From Candidatus Nomurabacteria bacterium (lineage in GTDB: Bacteria; Patescibacteriota; Minisyncoccia; Phycocordibacterales; UBA9973): a stretch of 64,000 bases of DNA. The position numbers and the translations under genes are program-made. The stretch lies in assembly GCA_025361085.1 (NCBI GenBank), contig JANYAX010000012.1, positions 255 through 64,254 of the forward strand, given 5' to 3'. The notes below the pieces were generated by a model. It made no database searches and had not been told where the DNA came from. It saw nothing but the letters and a program-made list of their open reading frames with translations. Positions 17,725 to 27,232 of the stretch are shown in pieces. The number at the start of each line of letters is the position of its first letter. Position 1 is the stretch's first letter.

Positions 17725-19032
17725 TTATAATTCTAGCGCTTTCTTGCCGATATCTTTGCGATAGTACATACCTTCAAAATTTATTTTCTTTACCGCTTCG
17801 TACGCTGTGGCAAGTGCAACAGATAAATTTTCTCCAATTGCTGAAACTCCGAGAACCCTTCCCCCATTTGTAACTAGATTCTCCATTCGGCCATGCTCAG
17901 AATCTTCGACTTCTTCCATTTTTGTTCCCGCGTGAAAGACGACAATATTTGGCATCTGTTCAGCTTCAGGAATTCCAGAAATTATTTTCCCTTTCTCGTA
18001 ATTACCAGGGTACCCACCGGATGCAAGAATAATAGTGCAAGCGCTCATATCTTTCCATTTAACTTTCACATCAGAAAGTTTGTGATCAATACATGCATCC
18101 ACAATATCGAGCAAATCTGTTTCGAGAAGTCTCATATAAGTTTGTGTTTCTGGGTCACCAAAACGAGCATTATATTCAAGAATTTTCGGACCAGCAGTCG
18201 TGAGCATTAGCCCAGGGTAAAGTATCCCTTCAAAAATATTGCCATCCGATTCCATCCCTTTTAGTGTTTCCGCCACAATTTTATTTTTTATATCTTCATA
18301 CAGTTCACTCGAAACAAATGGCAACGGGGCTATGGTCCCCATCCCTCCTGTGTTTAGCCCTTCATCATTCTCTCCAATTTTTTTATGATCTTGTGATGTA
18401 GGGAATAGCGAAAAATTTATTCCATCTGAAAATGCATGCGTAGAAATTTCAGGCCCAGTCAAAAATTCTTCTATCACCACTTCATTCCCAGCTTCGCCAA
18501 AAACTTTTTTCACGAGTATATCTTCGAGCGCCAAATGAACCTCTTTTCTGGTTTGCGCAATGATTACACCCTTCCCAAGCGCAAGACCACTTGCCTTTAT
18601 CACGATTGGTAATGTTTCCATATCTGTGTACCTGATAGCTTCATCGAAATTGGTAAAAACTTTAAATCGCGCTGTCGGCAAATTATGCTTTTTCATAAAG
18701 TTCTTTGAAAATGCTTTTGAATATTCGAGCTGCGCCGCCGATTTCGTCGGGCCAAAAATCCGTAGATTCTCGGTTCTAAACGCATCGACAATCCCGAGAG
18801 CAAGTGGGTCATCGGGTAAAGCAAGAGTTAAATCAATCTTTTCTCTTTTTACAAATTCAATGAGTTTGTCGATTTCTGTGGCTTTAATAGCTATATTTGT
18901 TCCGATCTTTGTGGTTCCAGCATTCCCGGGAGCAAAATAAATCTCTCCTGCTCGTGGTGACTGTGATACCTTCCACCCGATCGCATGCTCTCTTCCCCCA
19001 CTCCCTATTATTAATATTTTTTGTTTTTGCAT
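17725..19032 (-). CDS. purD: GAR synthetase PurD
   Basis: 435 aa. ATP-grasp enzyme (…KILIIGSGGREHAIGWK…). Confidence 0.9.
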   Translation of the reverse strand: MQKQKILIIGSGGREHAIGWKVSQSPRAGEIYFAPGNAGTTKIGTNIAIKATEIDKLIEFVKREKIDLTLALPDDPLALGIVDAFRTENLRIFGPTKSAAQLEYSKAFSKNFMKKHNLPTARFKVFTNFDEAIRYTDMETLPIVIKASGLALGKGVIIAQTRKEVHLALEDILVKKVFGEAGNEVVIEEFLTGPEISTHAFSDGINFSLFPTSQDHKKIGENDEGLNTGGMGTIAPLPFVSSELYEDIKNKIVAETLKGMESDGNIFEGILYPGLMLTTAGPKILEYNARFGDPETQTYMRLLETDLLDIVDACIDHKLSDVKVKWKDMSACTIILASGGYPGNYEKGKIISGIPEAEQMPNIVVFHAGTKMEEVEDSEHGRMENLVTNGGRVLGVSAIGENLSVALATAYEAVKKINFEGMYYRKDIGKKALEL

Positions 19033-19050
19033 AAAATTTTTATATCACTA

Positions 19051-20826
19051 TTAATACACTTCTTTTTGATAACAACTCTCACAATAGATTATCTCCGGTC
19101 TCTCTGGTGCATACGAGGTCTCGAATTCGTTAGTACAACCAGGTTTCATACAACGTCTGTGCCATAATTTCATAGGGTTAAGTTGCAAAGATCTTTCATG
19201 GTGTCTACAGTTTGGACACAATCTTGGAAGCGGTATATTTATCTGCCTGTAAAAATTCAATTCTTGTTGAGTAATTTTAAAAGCGGTTGTACACCCTTGT
19301 TTACATTTTCCTAGATGCGCACAAGCGATAATATCATTTAAGATAGAATCATCAACATCATTTATATGATCAGGAATATCTTCAGTTTTCTTTGTGATAA
19401 CGTAATTCCTTTCTATTTCATTCATAAAATGGTAGCCATTTCTTTCGATTTCACTTTTTTCTAGTGGAATATATTCTTGAGCGAAAGTTTCATTATAGGC
19501 AAAAGGGGAAAGCTCCGCAGGAAAAAATTCACCATATTTATAAATAATTCCACGAGAATCCTTATAAGGGAATGAATCCATTTCTCTAATTATCTTATCT
19601 TTGAGCACATAGTATTCTTCTTTTGTATATTGTTTATTTAAAATACAATAATCCTTACTACGCATACAAATACAACCAAAAAGTTCTTGAGAGGACATAC
19701 AAATGTCAGAATATGTTATATCCCTAGAAAACCAACATGTGGTAGAAAATAGTTTATTATAATTTTTTTCTATATTGGCACTTTCGTATAATAACTCAGA
19801 ATTGTCAGCGTGACTGAAATCATAACTATCTTTAATATTTGAACAAAAAGATGCATATTTTAAATTTTCTGATTTTATAACAAAGAAACAGTTATGAGAA
19901 TTTTTTGTCTCAACCAACTCATCACCATCAGAGTTAACACACATAATCGTTCTAGCAAAACGCCGTGGCAATGTTAATGATAAATCTTTTGTGTCTTTTT
20001 TTAATTTTTCTAACACGGAGAAAGAACCAAGCCCTTCCCTTTTCACTTTATATTCTTCCGGTGAAATTAGTTGATTAAGATAATGATATTTTTTGTTTCT
20101 TAAGTTAATACAACCTAGGCAATTGCTGATATTTTTACAATCTACCGCGACTGTGCTTTCAAGTACATTTTCACAATTCTCTACAAAATTAGTTTTGAAC
20201 CCTTTTGAACTTTGAATATTTTCATAGCAAAGATTAGATTCCTGCATACCAAAACAATCTTGAGAATTTTTTGATTTGAATGTTCTGTAAATATAAGCGC
20301 AGTCTTCGTCTTTATCACACCCAACAGCAAAATAACAATTTTTCAATCCCCCTGAATAATTTACATAATTACAATCTACATTACTTTCTGCTATTAATTC
20401 CGGTCTTGGTACAGTCAACATAAGCTCATGCCATTGTTCAAAAAAAGATTTAGATGGATCATAATCCTTGCCAAAGGAACGTGCATCCCAAGCGTCAGAC
20501 CACCAACATTTATTACAATAAACAGGAAAAGGCGACTTTTCTGAATGCACAGATATTATATTTTCTTTACATAAATCACAGGTACGCTTATATAGATAAC
20601 GTTCATTACGAAATGCCATACGACGCTGAAATCTACACTCCGGACAGAACGTTGGCGCTGGAACTTTGATTTTTTCATAAAATGAAAAATCATCAGACTC
20701 GATTGTGAAATCTTTTTTACAATTCTGGCATACCCGTAGTGAGCTTGTCGAATCTATTCTACTTTCTGATTTGTATTCCATGTTTTTACAACTTGGCATA
20801 TTTACGCCATGGCATAAATATGCCAA
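19051..20826 (-). CDS. Uncharacterised cysteine-rich protein (591 aa, about 48 Cys) with N- and C-terminal zinc-ribbon-like CxxC pairs
   Basis: CQNC…CPEC, CDLC…CNKC at the N-terminus. CPNC … C..C … CESC at the C-terminus. Central degenerate NC-x-F/Y repeats. No match to any pur enzyme. Lies between purD and purN. Confidence 0.5.
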   Translation of the reverse strand: MAYLCHGVNMPSCKNMEYKSESRIDSTSSLRVCQNCKKDFTIESDDFSFYEKIKVPAPTFCPECRFQRRMAFRNERYLYKRTCDLCKENIISVHSEKSPFPVYCNKCWWSDAWDARSFGKDYDPSKSFFEQWHELMLTVPRPELIAESNVDCNYVNYSGGLKNCYFAVGCDKDEDCAYIYRTFKSKNSQDCFGMQESNLCYENIQSSKGFKTNFVENCENVLESTVAVDCKNISNCLGCINLRNKKYHYLNQLISPEEYKVKREGLGSFSVLEKLKKDTKDLSLTLPRRFARTIMCVNSDGDELVETKNSHNCFFVIKSENLKYASFCSNIKDSYDFSHADNSELLYESANIEKNYNKLFSTTCWFSRDITYSDICMSSQELFGCICMRSKDYCILNKQYTKEEYYVLKDKIIREMDSFPYKDSRGIIYKYGEFFPAELSPFAYNETFAQEYIPLEKSEIERNGYHFMNEIERNYVITKKTEDIPDHINDVDDSILNDIIACAHLGKCKQGCTTAFKITQQELNFYRQINIPLPRLCPNCRHHERSLQLNPMKLWHRRCMKPGCTNEFETSYAPERPEIIYCESCYQKEVY

Positions 20827-20873
20827 GTTAATTAATGCTAAACTATTTTATCTTTGTTGCTGTTTTTTACTTT

Positions 20874-21593
20874 TTACCCTTTGGGATATTTTTCTATTGC
20901 TAATTTTTTGCATTCTTCGAGAATTTGTATTTCATCGTCGTGAACTAGTGGTTCCTCACGAATAAATTCTGCTACAGTACCATTTGTAAAATCGCGAAGT
21001 GTTTCGATTTGAACCTCGTGTTCAATGGGGAGAACTCGCGCTTTCAGACTCTCTGCTGTGTCGCTCGGAAAAATTGTAACCTGTTTTTGCTTTACGATTT
21101 TCCCCTCATCGAATCTTGCCGTGACCATGTGCGCCGTCGCTTCAGTCCAAAAATCACGATTAGTTTTTTGAACAAAAGAAAGTCTAGCTTGGTGAACTCG
21201 CATTCCGTACATTCCGATTCCCCCGAAATCAGGTCGCCCCGTATCAAGCGGGCCAGGGTGTTGATTTACAATCATTCCCTCGTATTTCTGGCAAACATTT
21301 TCAGGAGTTTTTGCAAGCCAACCATACTGACCAATAAAATCAATATTTCTTTTTTCACACTCTTTTATTATCGCTTCACCGAATGCCTCTGGAGTCACAA
21401 AATCTCTTGGTTTGATTACTAAAATATCTTCATCTTTTATTCCAAGATTTCGTGCTTTCTCTATTCCACCAGCATTTTCACGACTAGCTATCACAAGTGA
21501 TGGTTCGACATCTTTTAAATCACCACTCAGGCAAGCTTTGATGATTGATGCCATTGTTGTCCCTCCTCCTGAGATAAGTAAAGCGATTCGCAT
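20874..21593 (-). CDS. purN: GAR transformylase PurN
   Basis: 239 aa. MRIALLISGGGTTMASII … formyltransferase motifs with His/Asp. Confidence 0.85.
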   Translation of the reverse strand: MRIALLISGGGTTMASIIKACLSGDLKDVEPSLVIASRENAGGIEKARNLGIKDEDILVIKPRDFVTPEAFGEAIIKECEKRNIDFIGQYGWLAKTPENVCQKYEGMIVNQHPGPLDTGRPDFGGIGMYGMRVHQARLSFVQKTNRDFWTEATAHMVTARFDEGKIVKQKQVTIFPSDTAESLKARVLPIEHEVQIETLRDFTNGTVAEFIREEPLVHDDEIQILEECKKLAIEKYPKG

Positions 21594-21596
21594 AAA

Positions 21597-23000
21597 TTAA
21601 TCCTTAAATTTTAAACTGTCATATTTAATTTCTTTTTCATGTTCAAAAATAGGTAATGGATATTCTCCATTGAAGGCTGAAAGACAAAATACTTTTTTCG
21701 GTAAACCGGTAGCTTTGACCATTCCATCAACAGAAAGATATGAGAGTGAAGTTGCTCCTATAAATTTACAAATTTCTTTTATAGTTTTCTGCGAAGCGAT
21801 TAGATTTTCTTGTTTTGGAGTATCAATACCGTAAAAATCTGGGAATTTAACTGGCGCTGAAGCTACCATAAAATGAACCTCTTTTGCACCAGCATCAAAA
21901 AGCATTTTGACTATTGGTTTTGAAGTTGTTCCTCTAACAACAGAATCATCTATTATCCCTACACGCTTTCCTTTAACAACACTTCGAAGGACAGATAATT
22001 TCATTTTTAATTTTTCATCACGACCAGTTTGAGCGGGCTCGATAAAAGTACGATGAATGTAACGATTTTTATTAAGTGCAAGTTCAAGCGGAACACCAGA
22101 CGCTTGAGAGTAGCCGATAGCTGAAGGGATCGAAGTTTCTGGAACAGGGACAACAATATCAATTTTAATTTTAGGATGCTCTTCGAAAAGCATCTTTCCA
22201 AAATTTTTACGCACTTGGTAAACCGACTTACCCAAAACAGTACAATCATGGCGTGAGAAATATACAAACTCAAAAATATCAAATTTTGGTTCAGCTCTGG
22301 CTAAAATTTTACTTTTTATTCCATTTTTTGAAATCGTAATCATTTCTCCTGGCAACACTTCTCGCAAAAGATCTGCGCCAATAGCACGAAATGCACACGT
22401 TTCAGAGGCAACGATTGTTTCTTTACCATTTTTCCCTATCACAAGAGGGCGAATACCTCGCGGATCACGAAATGCGACCAATTCTTTATGAGACAATGCC
22501 ACACATGAGAATGCTCCAGTGAAAAGTGGGTACGAAAGTGTTACAGCCTCCGGCAAACTCTTTCCTTTCTTCATATAGAAACCGATTGCTTTGGCCATTA
22601 GTTCAGAATCTGAATTTTCCTCAGTTGATATTTTATTTTTTTTCAAAAATTCTAATAACGCTTTCGTACTTGGAAGATTCCCATTGTGTGCAAAAGCAAC
22701 TGTATTATTTATTATTGTTGGTTGAGCATGGTCGGTTGTAGACCCACGTGAAGTAGAATAACGATTGTGCCCTATTGCCGAGGAACCAACTAATTTTTTC
22801 AAAATTTCTTCTGTATAAACCTGGCTAACAAGTCCAGAATTTTTATAAGAAAATATTTTCTTGCCATCGGTTGTTGCAATACCAGTCTGTTCTTGACCTC
22901 TGTGCTGAAGAGCAAAAAGACCAAAATATGCTTGGCGCGAAGCTATTTCTGGGGCATTAAAGATACCGAAAACTGCGCATTTTTCATTTAAATCTCTCAT
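21597..23000 (-). CDS. purF: Amidophosphoribosyltransferase PurF
   Basis: 467 aa. Short propeptide then catalytic Cys (EKCAVFGIF). PRTase motif VGIIDDSVVRGTTS. Confidence 0.9.
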   Translation of the reverse strand: MRDLNEKCAVFGIFNAPEIASRQAYFGLFALQHRGQEQTGIATTDGKKIFSYKNSGLVSQVYTEEILKKLVGSSAIGHNRYSTSRGSTTDHAQPTIINNTVAFAHNGNLPSTKALLEFLKKNKISTEENSDSELMAKAIGFYMKKGKSLPEAVTLSYPLFTGAFSCVALSHKELVAFRDPRGIRPLVIGKNGKETIVASETCAFRAIGADLLREVLPGEMITISKNGIKSKILARAEPKFDIFEFVYFSRHDCTVLGKSVYQVRKNFGKMLFEEHPKIKIDIVVPVPETSIPSAIGYSQASGVPLELALNKNRYIHRTFIEPAQTGRDEKLKMKLSVLRSVVKGKRVGIIDDSVVRGTTSKPIVKMLFDAGAKEVHFMVASAPVKFPDFYGIDTPKQENLIASQKTIKEICKFIGATSLSYLSVDGMVKATGLPKKVFCLSAFNGEYPLPIFEHEKEIKYDSLKFKD

Positions 23001-23002
23001 TT

Positions 23003-23797
23003 TTATTTATTGAAATAATTAATTGCATTTTTAAATATAACAAACCCTGGACCATCAATTGGAAGCTTTATTTTACCATTTGAAGATTTTCTTTTCAAAA
23101 CTTCTTTTTGAAGTTGCCAATCTGGTCTGTGATGGAAGAATTGTGCGCGTTCTGGGTGTGGCATCAAACCCAAAACTCTCCCCTCGTGTGATAAGACTCC
23201 CGCGATATCGTGCATTGCTCCGTTTGGATTCGCTTCTAGATTTTGATATTTGCAAATATCTCCTTTGGTATAAGTAAGAGCTATCTCACCATTCTTTTTC
23301 ATTTCATTATATTTTTCATCTTCAATGATGTATCTGCCTTCACCATGAGCAATCGGCAACGACAAACTTTTCACCCCGACAAGCCATGGACTTTTACCTG
23401 TGCATTTTAGATCAACCCATCTGACAGTATATTGAGCGCTAGTGTTGTGAGAAAGAGCTCCGGGAAGTAAACCAAGATTGGTAATGATTTGAAAACCATT
23501 ACAAATACCAATGATCAAAGTATCTCGTTCAACAAATTCCTTTAATTCTTTTGATAAATGATTTCTCATTTTATTAGCAAAAGCTTTTCCGCTTCCTGTG
23601 TCATCCCCATAAGAGAATCCGCCTGGGAATGCAAGTATTTGATACTTTGAAAATTGTTTCGGATTGGCTATCAAATCATTAATATGAACAATATCAGCTT
23701 CTCCTCCAGCACGGTCAAAAGCAAGTTTTGTTTCTTCTTCACAATTTATTCCATAACCAGATAAAACTAAAACTTTTGGATTATTTTTAGTAGTCAT
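23003..23797 (-). CDS. purQ: FGAM synthase glutaminase subunit PurQ
   Basis: 264 aa class-I glutamine amidotransferase (…GICNGFQ… Cys, …HPE… His). Confidence 0.85.
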   Translation of the reverse strand: MTTKNNPKVLVLSGYGINCEEETKLAFDRAGGEADIVHINDLIANPKQFSKYQILAFPGGFSYGDDTGSGKAFANKMRNHLSKELKEFVERDTLIIGICNGFQIITNLGLLPGALSHNTSAQYTVRWVDLKCTGKSPWLVGVKSLSLPIAHGEGRYIIEDEKYNEMKKNGEIALTYTKGDICKYQNLEANPNGAMHDIAGVLSHEGRVLGLMPHPERAQFFHHRPDWQLQKEVLKRKSSNGKIKLPIDGPGFVIFKNAINYFNK

Positions 23798-23798
23798 A

Positions 23799-26774
23799 TT
23801 ATTGAGAGAGCTTTCGAGAAAAGCTATGGTAAGATTTTGCTAATTTTTCGACGTCTTCATTTATTATTTTTTTATTTCCATCTTTAATAACGAACTTTTT
23901 ATTATTCGACACTGTCCCAATTTTTGAAATGGTAATTCCTCCCACCGTCTTTTCAAAAATCTTGGTATCTTTCTTCGCCACTGTTACAACGATTCTTCCC
24001 TGACTTTCAGAGAATAGTTTTTCATCAACTTTTTTAGCATCACCTTTAATTTTTTTAAGATCAACGTCACACCCAAGTCCTCCGCCGATGGCCGATTTGG
24101 CTAATGATGTTGCTAACCCACCCGAACCAACAGAGATAGAAGAAACAATAAGCCCTTTTTGTATAGCTTTTTCAATGGCTAAATATGTTTTCTTATTTTT
24201 CTTCCAATCAACTTTCGGAATATTATTACCAATATTGTCCGGATTATTTTTTGCAAGAATTTTATAATATTCTGAAGCTCCAAGTTCATTATTTGTCTCT
24301 CCTAGAATATAAATAACGTCGCCAGCAATTTTGAATTCGGGGGTTACAACTTTATTTATATCAGGAACAATTCCAATCGTCGAAATTAAAAGTGTTGGAG
24401 GAATAGAAATCGAAACCTGATTCCCTTTTTCATCATAACCACGAAAATCATTAAACATGCTATCTTTACCAGAAATAAATGGCGTTCCATATCCGACAGC
24501 ATAATCATAACTTGCTCGAACCGCATCTATCAATTGAGCAAGGCGATTTTTGTCATAAGAAGAACACCAACAGAAGTTATCAAGTATAGCGAGCTTCGAC
24601 AAAACTCCACCAGAAGCGACAGCGTTTCGTATTGCCGTATCGATAGCGCACCCAGCCATGTCATAAGTACTAATGTCAGAATATGAAGGATAAATCCCGA
24701 TTGATAAAATTACCCCCTTGTCAGATGTAGGAACTGGACGAATAACTTGAGCATCGGTGTTCAACCAGCCACGACCTGAGAGTGGCTTGATAACAGAATT
24801 TGCTTGAACTTCGTGATCATATTGTTTCGAAATAAAATCAAACCCGGCAATATTACCATTACCCAAAAGTTCTTCTAAAATTTTCTCATAAGAAATATTT
24901 TTAGGAATAATCGGGGAATAATTTTCTGCTTTGGTCATTTCCGAAACCAAATGTCTCTCCGGTAAACCATTATGTAAGAAATCCATCGGCATATGCATGA
25001 TTGTTTTACCGTGATATTTGACGACACAATCACCAGAACCAGTAAATTCTCCAATTACAGTTGCTTCCACTCCTCGCGAAATCATTAATTTTTCAAATTC
25101 TTTCCAATTTTTCTTGGGAACAGAAAGCGTCATACGCTCCTGTGATTCTGAAATCCAAATCTGCCAAGGAAGTAACCCTGGATATTTCAATGGAACTTTT
25201 TCAAGTTGAACAATTGCTCCACCAGACTCTTTGGCCATTTCGGCGACAGAACAAGAAATACCTCCTGCTCCGTTGTCTGTGATACTACTATATAATTCTC
25301 TGTCTCTGGCTTCTTTGACGATAGCATCACTTAACTTTTTTTGTGTTATTGGGTCACCTATCTGAACGGCAGTTGCAGGAGAAGATGAATCCATAACAAC
25401 CGAAGAAAATGTTGCACCGTGAATCCCATCCGCTCCAACTCTCCCACCAATCACTACTATATAATCTCCTTTCTGGGCACACTTTTCATGAGATAATTTC
25501 CCATTTATTTTTCGAGGAATTAAACCGACAGTCCCCACAAAGACAAGCGGTTTACCACGGTAACGATCATCGTAGCGAGTAAAACCTGAAATTGTTGGGA
25601 TACCAGAACAATTACCTCCGACATTAACTCCACGAATAACTCCGTCCATAATTCTTCTTGGCGAAAGCATTTTCTGAGCGAGATTTTTATCACGGAATAA
25701 TAATCTTTCATCATCTGGGAAACCAAAACAGAAACCATAAGCATTTGCGATCGGCTTTGCCCCCATACCGAAACCGATAGTGTCGCGATTCACTCCCACG
25801 ATACCAGTAATAGCTCCGCCAAAAGGGTCAAGTGCCGAAGGGCTGTTGTGAGTTTCAACCTTGTGCGTGACCATATAATCTTTATCAAAAACAATTCCAC
25901 CTGAATTATCAGAAAAAACTGAAAGGCAAAAATCATCTTTCCCTTTTTGCTTACGAATCAGATTTGTGGCCCCTTTTATATATGTTTTATACAAACCATC
26001 TTTTATCTCATCTATCGAATTAGAAAAAATAGTATGCTTGCAATGCTCACTCCATGTCTGAGCCAAAGATTCAAGCTCGATATCGGTGGGCTCTCTTTTA
26101 ATCTTTTTAAAATAATCCTGAATAATTTTCATCGATTCGAGATCGAGAGCAAGCGGTCCACGTCTTATACCATTTGGACTTTTTATACCAAGTTTGCCGA
26201 TATTTATAAGTTCTTCATCAGAGACATTAAGTGAAACAGTGACAACATCTTTTTGTTTAGGGAGAACAACTTTAGGAATATATTTCGAAAGTCCTTCTTT
26301 TTTTATTTTGGGTGTTATTTTTATTATTTGAGATCTTTCAATCAAGGGGTTATGCAGAGACAGAGCAATTATTTCTAAATCATGCTGGTTTAAATTCCCT
26401 GAAATAAAAAATAATTTTGAAGTATAAACAGCTTCGTCTTTTTTAAATGGTCTTCTTAGTCCATCAGTAATCTCTTCCATTACTGTTTTAGCTACATTGT
26501 CTGTAACTCCAGGAGCAAAACCTATCTCAATAACATAAGAAAAACCCGACAATTTGGGCATTTTATTTACACTGAAATTCTCTAAATTTTTATTAACCAA
26601 AAGCTCTGCTGATTTAACAAGTTCTGGCTTTGCGAGACTAGCGCTAATAATATATGAATCAACCAATAGAACTTCTTTAACTTGCCCCGAAAGGCCCAAA
26701 CTATTAAAAGACTTTTTAGTAATATTTCCTCTACTATCTTCCCCTTTTGGAACTATATATATACGAGAAATCAT
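23799..26774 (-). CDS. purL: FGAM synthase PurL with an N-terminal ~230-aa extension that contains PurS-like sequence (PurS-PurL fusion)
   Basis: 991 aa. PurL signature …SEHCKHTIF…, AIR-synthase-related repeats. The N-terminal region resembles PurS (one or two copies). Confidence 0.8.
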   Translation of the reverse strand: MISRIYIVPKGEDSRGNITKKSFNSLGLSGQVKEVLLVDSYIISASLAKPELVKSAELLVNKNLENFSVNKMPKLSGFSYVIEIGFAPGVTDNVAKTVMEEITDGLRRPFKKDEAVYTSKLFFISGNLNQHDLEIIALSLHNPLIERSQIIKITPKIKKEGLSKYIPKVVLPKQKDVVTVSLNVSDEELINIGKLGIKSPNGIRRGPLALDLESMKIIQDYFKKIKREPTDIELESLAQTWSEHCKHTIFSNSIDEIKDGLYKTYIKGATNLIRKQKGKDDFCLSVFSDNSGGIVFDKDYMVTHKVETHNSPSALDPFGGAITGIVGVNRDTIGFGMGAKPIANAYGFCFGFPDDERLLFRDKNLAQKMLSPRRIMDGVIRGVNVGGNCSGIPTISGFTRYDDRYRGKPLVFVGTVGLIPRKINGKLSHEKCAQKGDYIVVIGGRVGADGIHGATFSSVVMDSSSPATAVQIGDPITQKKLSDAIVKEARDRELYSSITDNGAGGISCSVAEMAKESGGAIVQLEKVPLKYPGLLPWQIWISESQERMTLSVPKKNWKEFEKLMISRGVEATVIGEFTGSGDCVVKYHGKTIMHMPMDFLHNGLPERHLVSEMTKAENYSPIIPKNISYEKILEELLGNGNIAGFDFISKQYDHEVQANSVIKPLSGRGWLNTDAQVIRPVPTSDKGVILSIGIYPSYSDISTYDMAGCAIDTAIRNAVASGGVLSKLAILDNFCWCSSYDKNRLAQLIDAVRASYDYAVGYGTPFISGKDSMFNDFRGYDEKGNQVSISIPPTLLISTIGIVPDINKVVTPEFKIAGDVIYILGETNNELGASEYYKILAKNNPDNIGNNIPKVDWKKNKKTYLAIEKAIQKGLIVSSISVGSGGLATSLAKSAIGGGLGCDVDLKKIKGDAKKVDEKLFSESQGRIVVTVAKKDTKIFEKTVGGITISKIGTVSNNKKFVIKDGNKKIINEDVEKLAKSYHSFSRKLSQ

Positions 26775-26815
26775 ATACTCATATTATGATATTTTTGAAA
26801 TAAAGACAAACATGA

Positions 26816-26850
26816 GAAAGCCCGTTTTGGCTTCGCCAAAACGGGCTTTC
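26816..26850. terminator. Perfect palindrome GAAAGCCCGTTTTGGC-ttcg-CCAAAACGGGCTTTC (terminator upstream of purL)
   Basis: 15-16-bp stem, between the DUF378 gene stop and the purL start. Confidence 0.65.
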
Positions 26851-26867
26851 AAAGTGTTAAAAAACAA

Positions 26868-27131
26868 TTACATTGGGTTACTTGATGGTGTACTTGGAGC
26901 ACTTGCTGGCATTTCTTTCTTTACACACTTCTCACAACACTTACAATCCTTCTTGTGAGTTGCAATTAAATATATTGCAGATAATCCAACTAGTATATAT
27001 ATAACTCTTGAGATAAAAGCTGTTGGTCCTCCGAAGATAACACCAATATCCCATGAAAGTAGACCAACTAATAACCAGTTCAAACCTCCGATTATCACCA
27101 AAGTGGATGCTAAACAATGAGTTGATTTCAT
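26868..27131 (-). CDS. Small membrane protein (DUF378-like), Cys-rich C-terminus
   Basis: 87 aa, two TM helices (IIGGLNWLLVGL … VIYILVGLSAIYLIA), C-terminal KDCKCCEKC. Confidence 0.5.
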   Translation of the reverse strand: MKSTHCLASTLVIIGGLNWLLVGLLSWDIGVIFGGPTAFISRVIYILVGLSAIYLIATHKKDCKCCEKCVKKEMPASAPSTPSSNPM

Positions 27132-27232
27132 ATTACATTTTTCATCTAAATTAATAATTTCGACACTAGAACCATTGTGTATTTATTATACCAAATCGTG
27201 AGATTTTTAATAGTAAACATTTGTGTTAAAAT

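Noticed and set aside
26775-26867. Possible purine riboswitch upstream of the pur operon
   Set aside because: The 93-nt leader is dominated by a simple perfect palindrome. It lacks the conserved purine-aptamer junction sequences (UAUA…GGGA…CCGUAAAU…).
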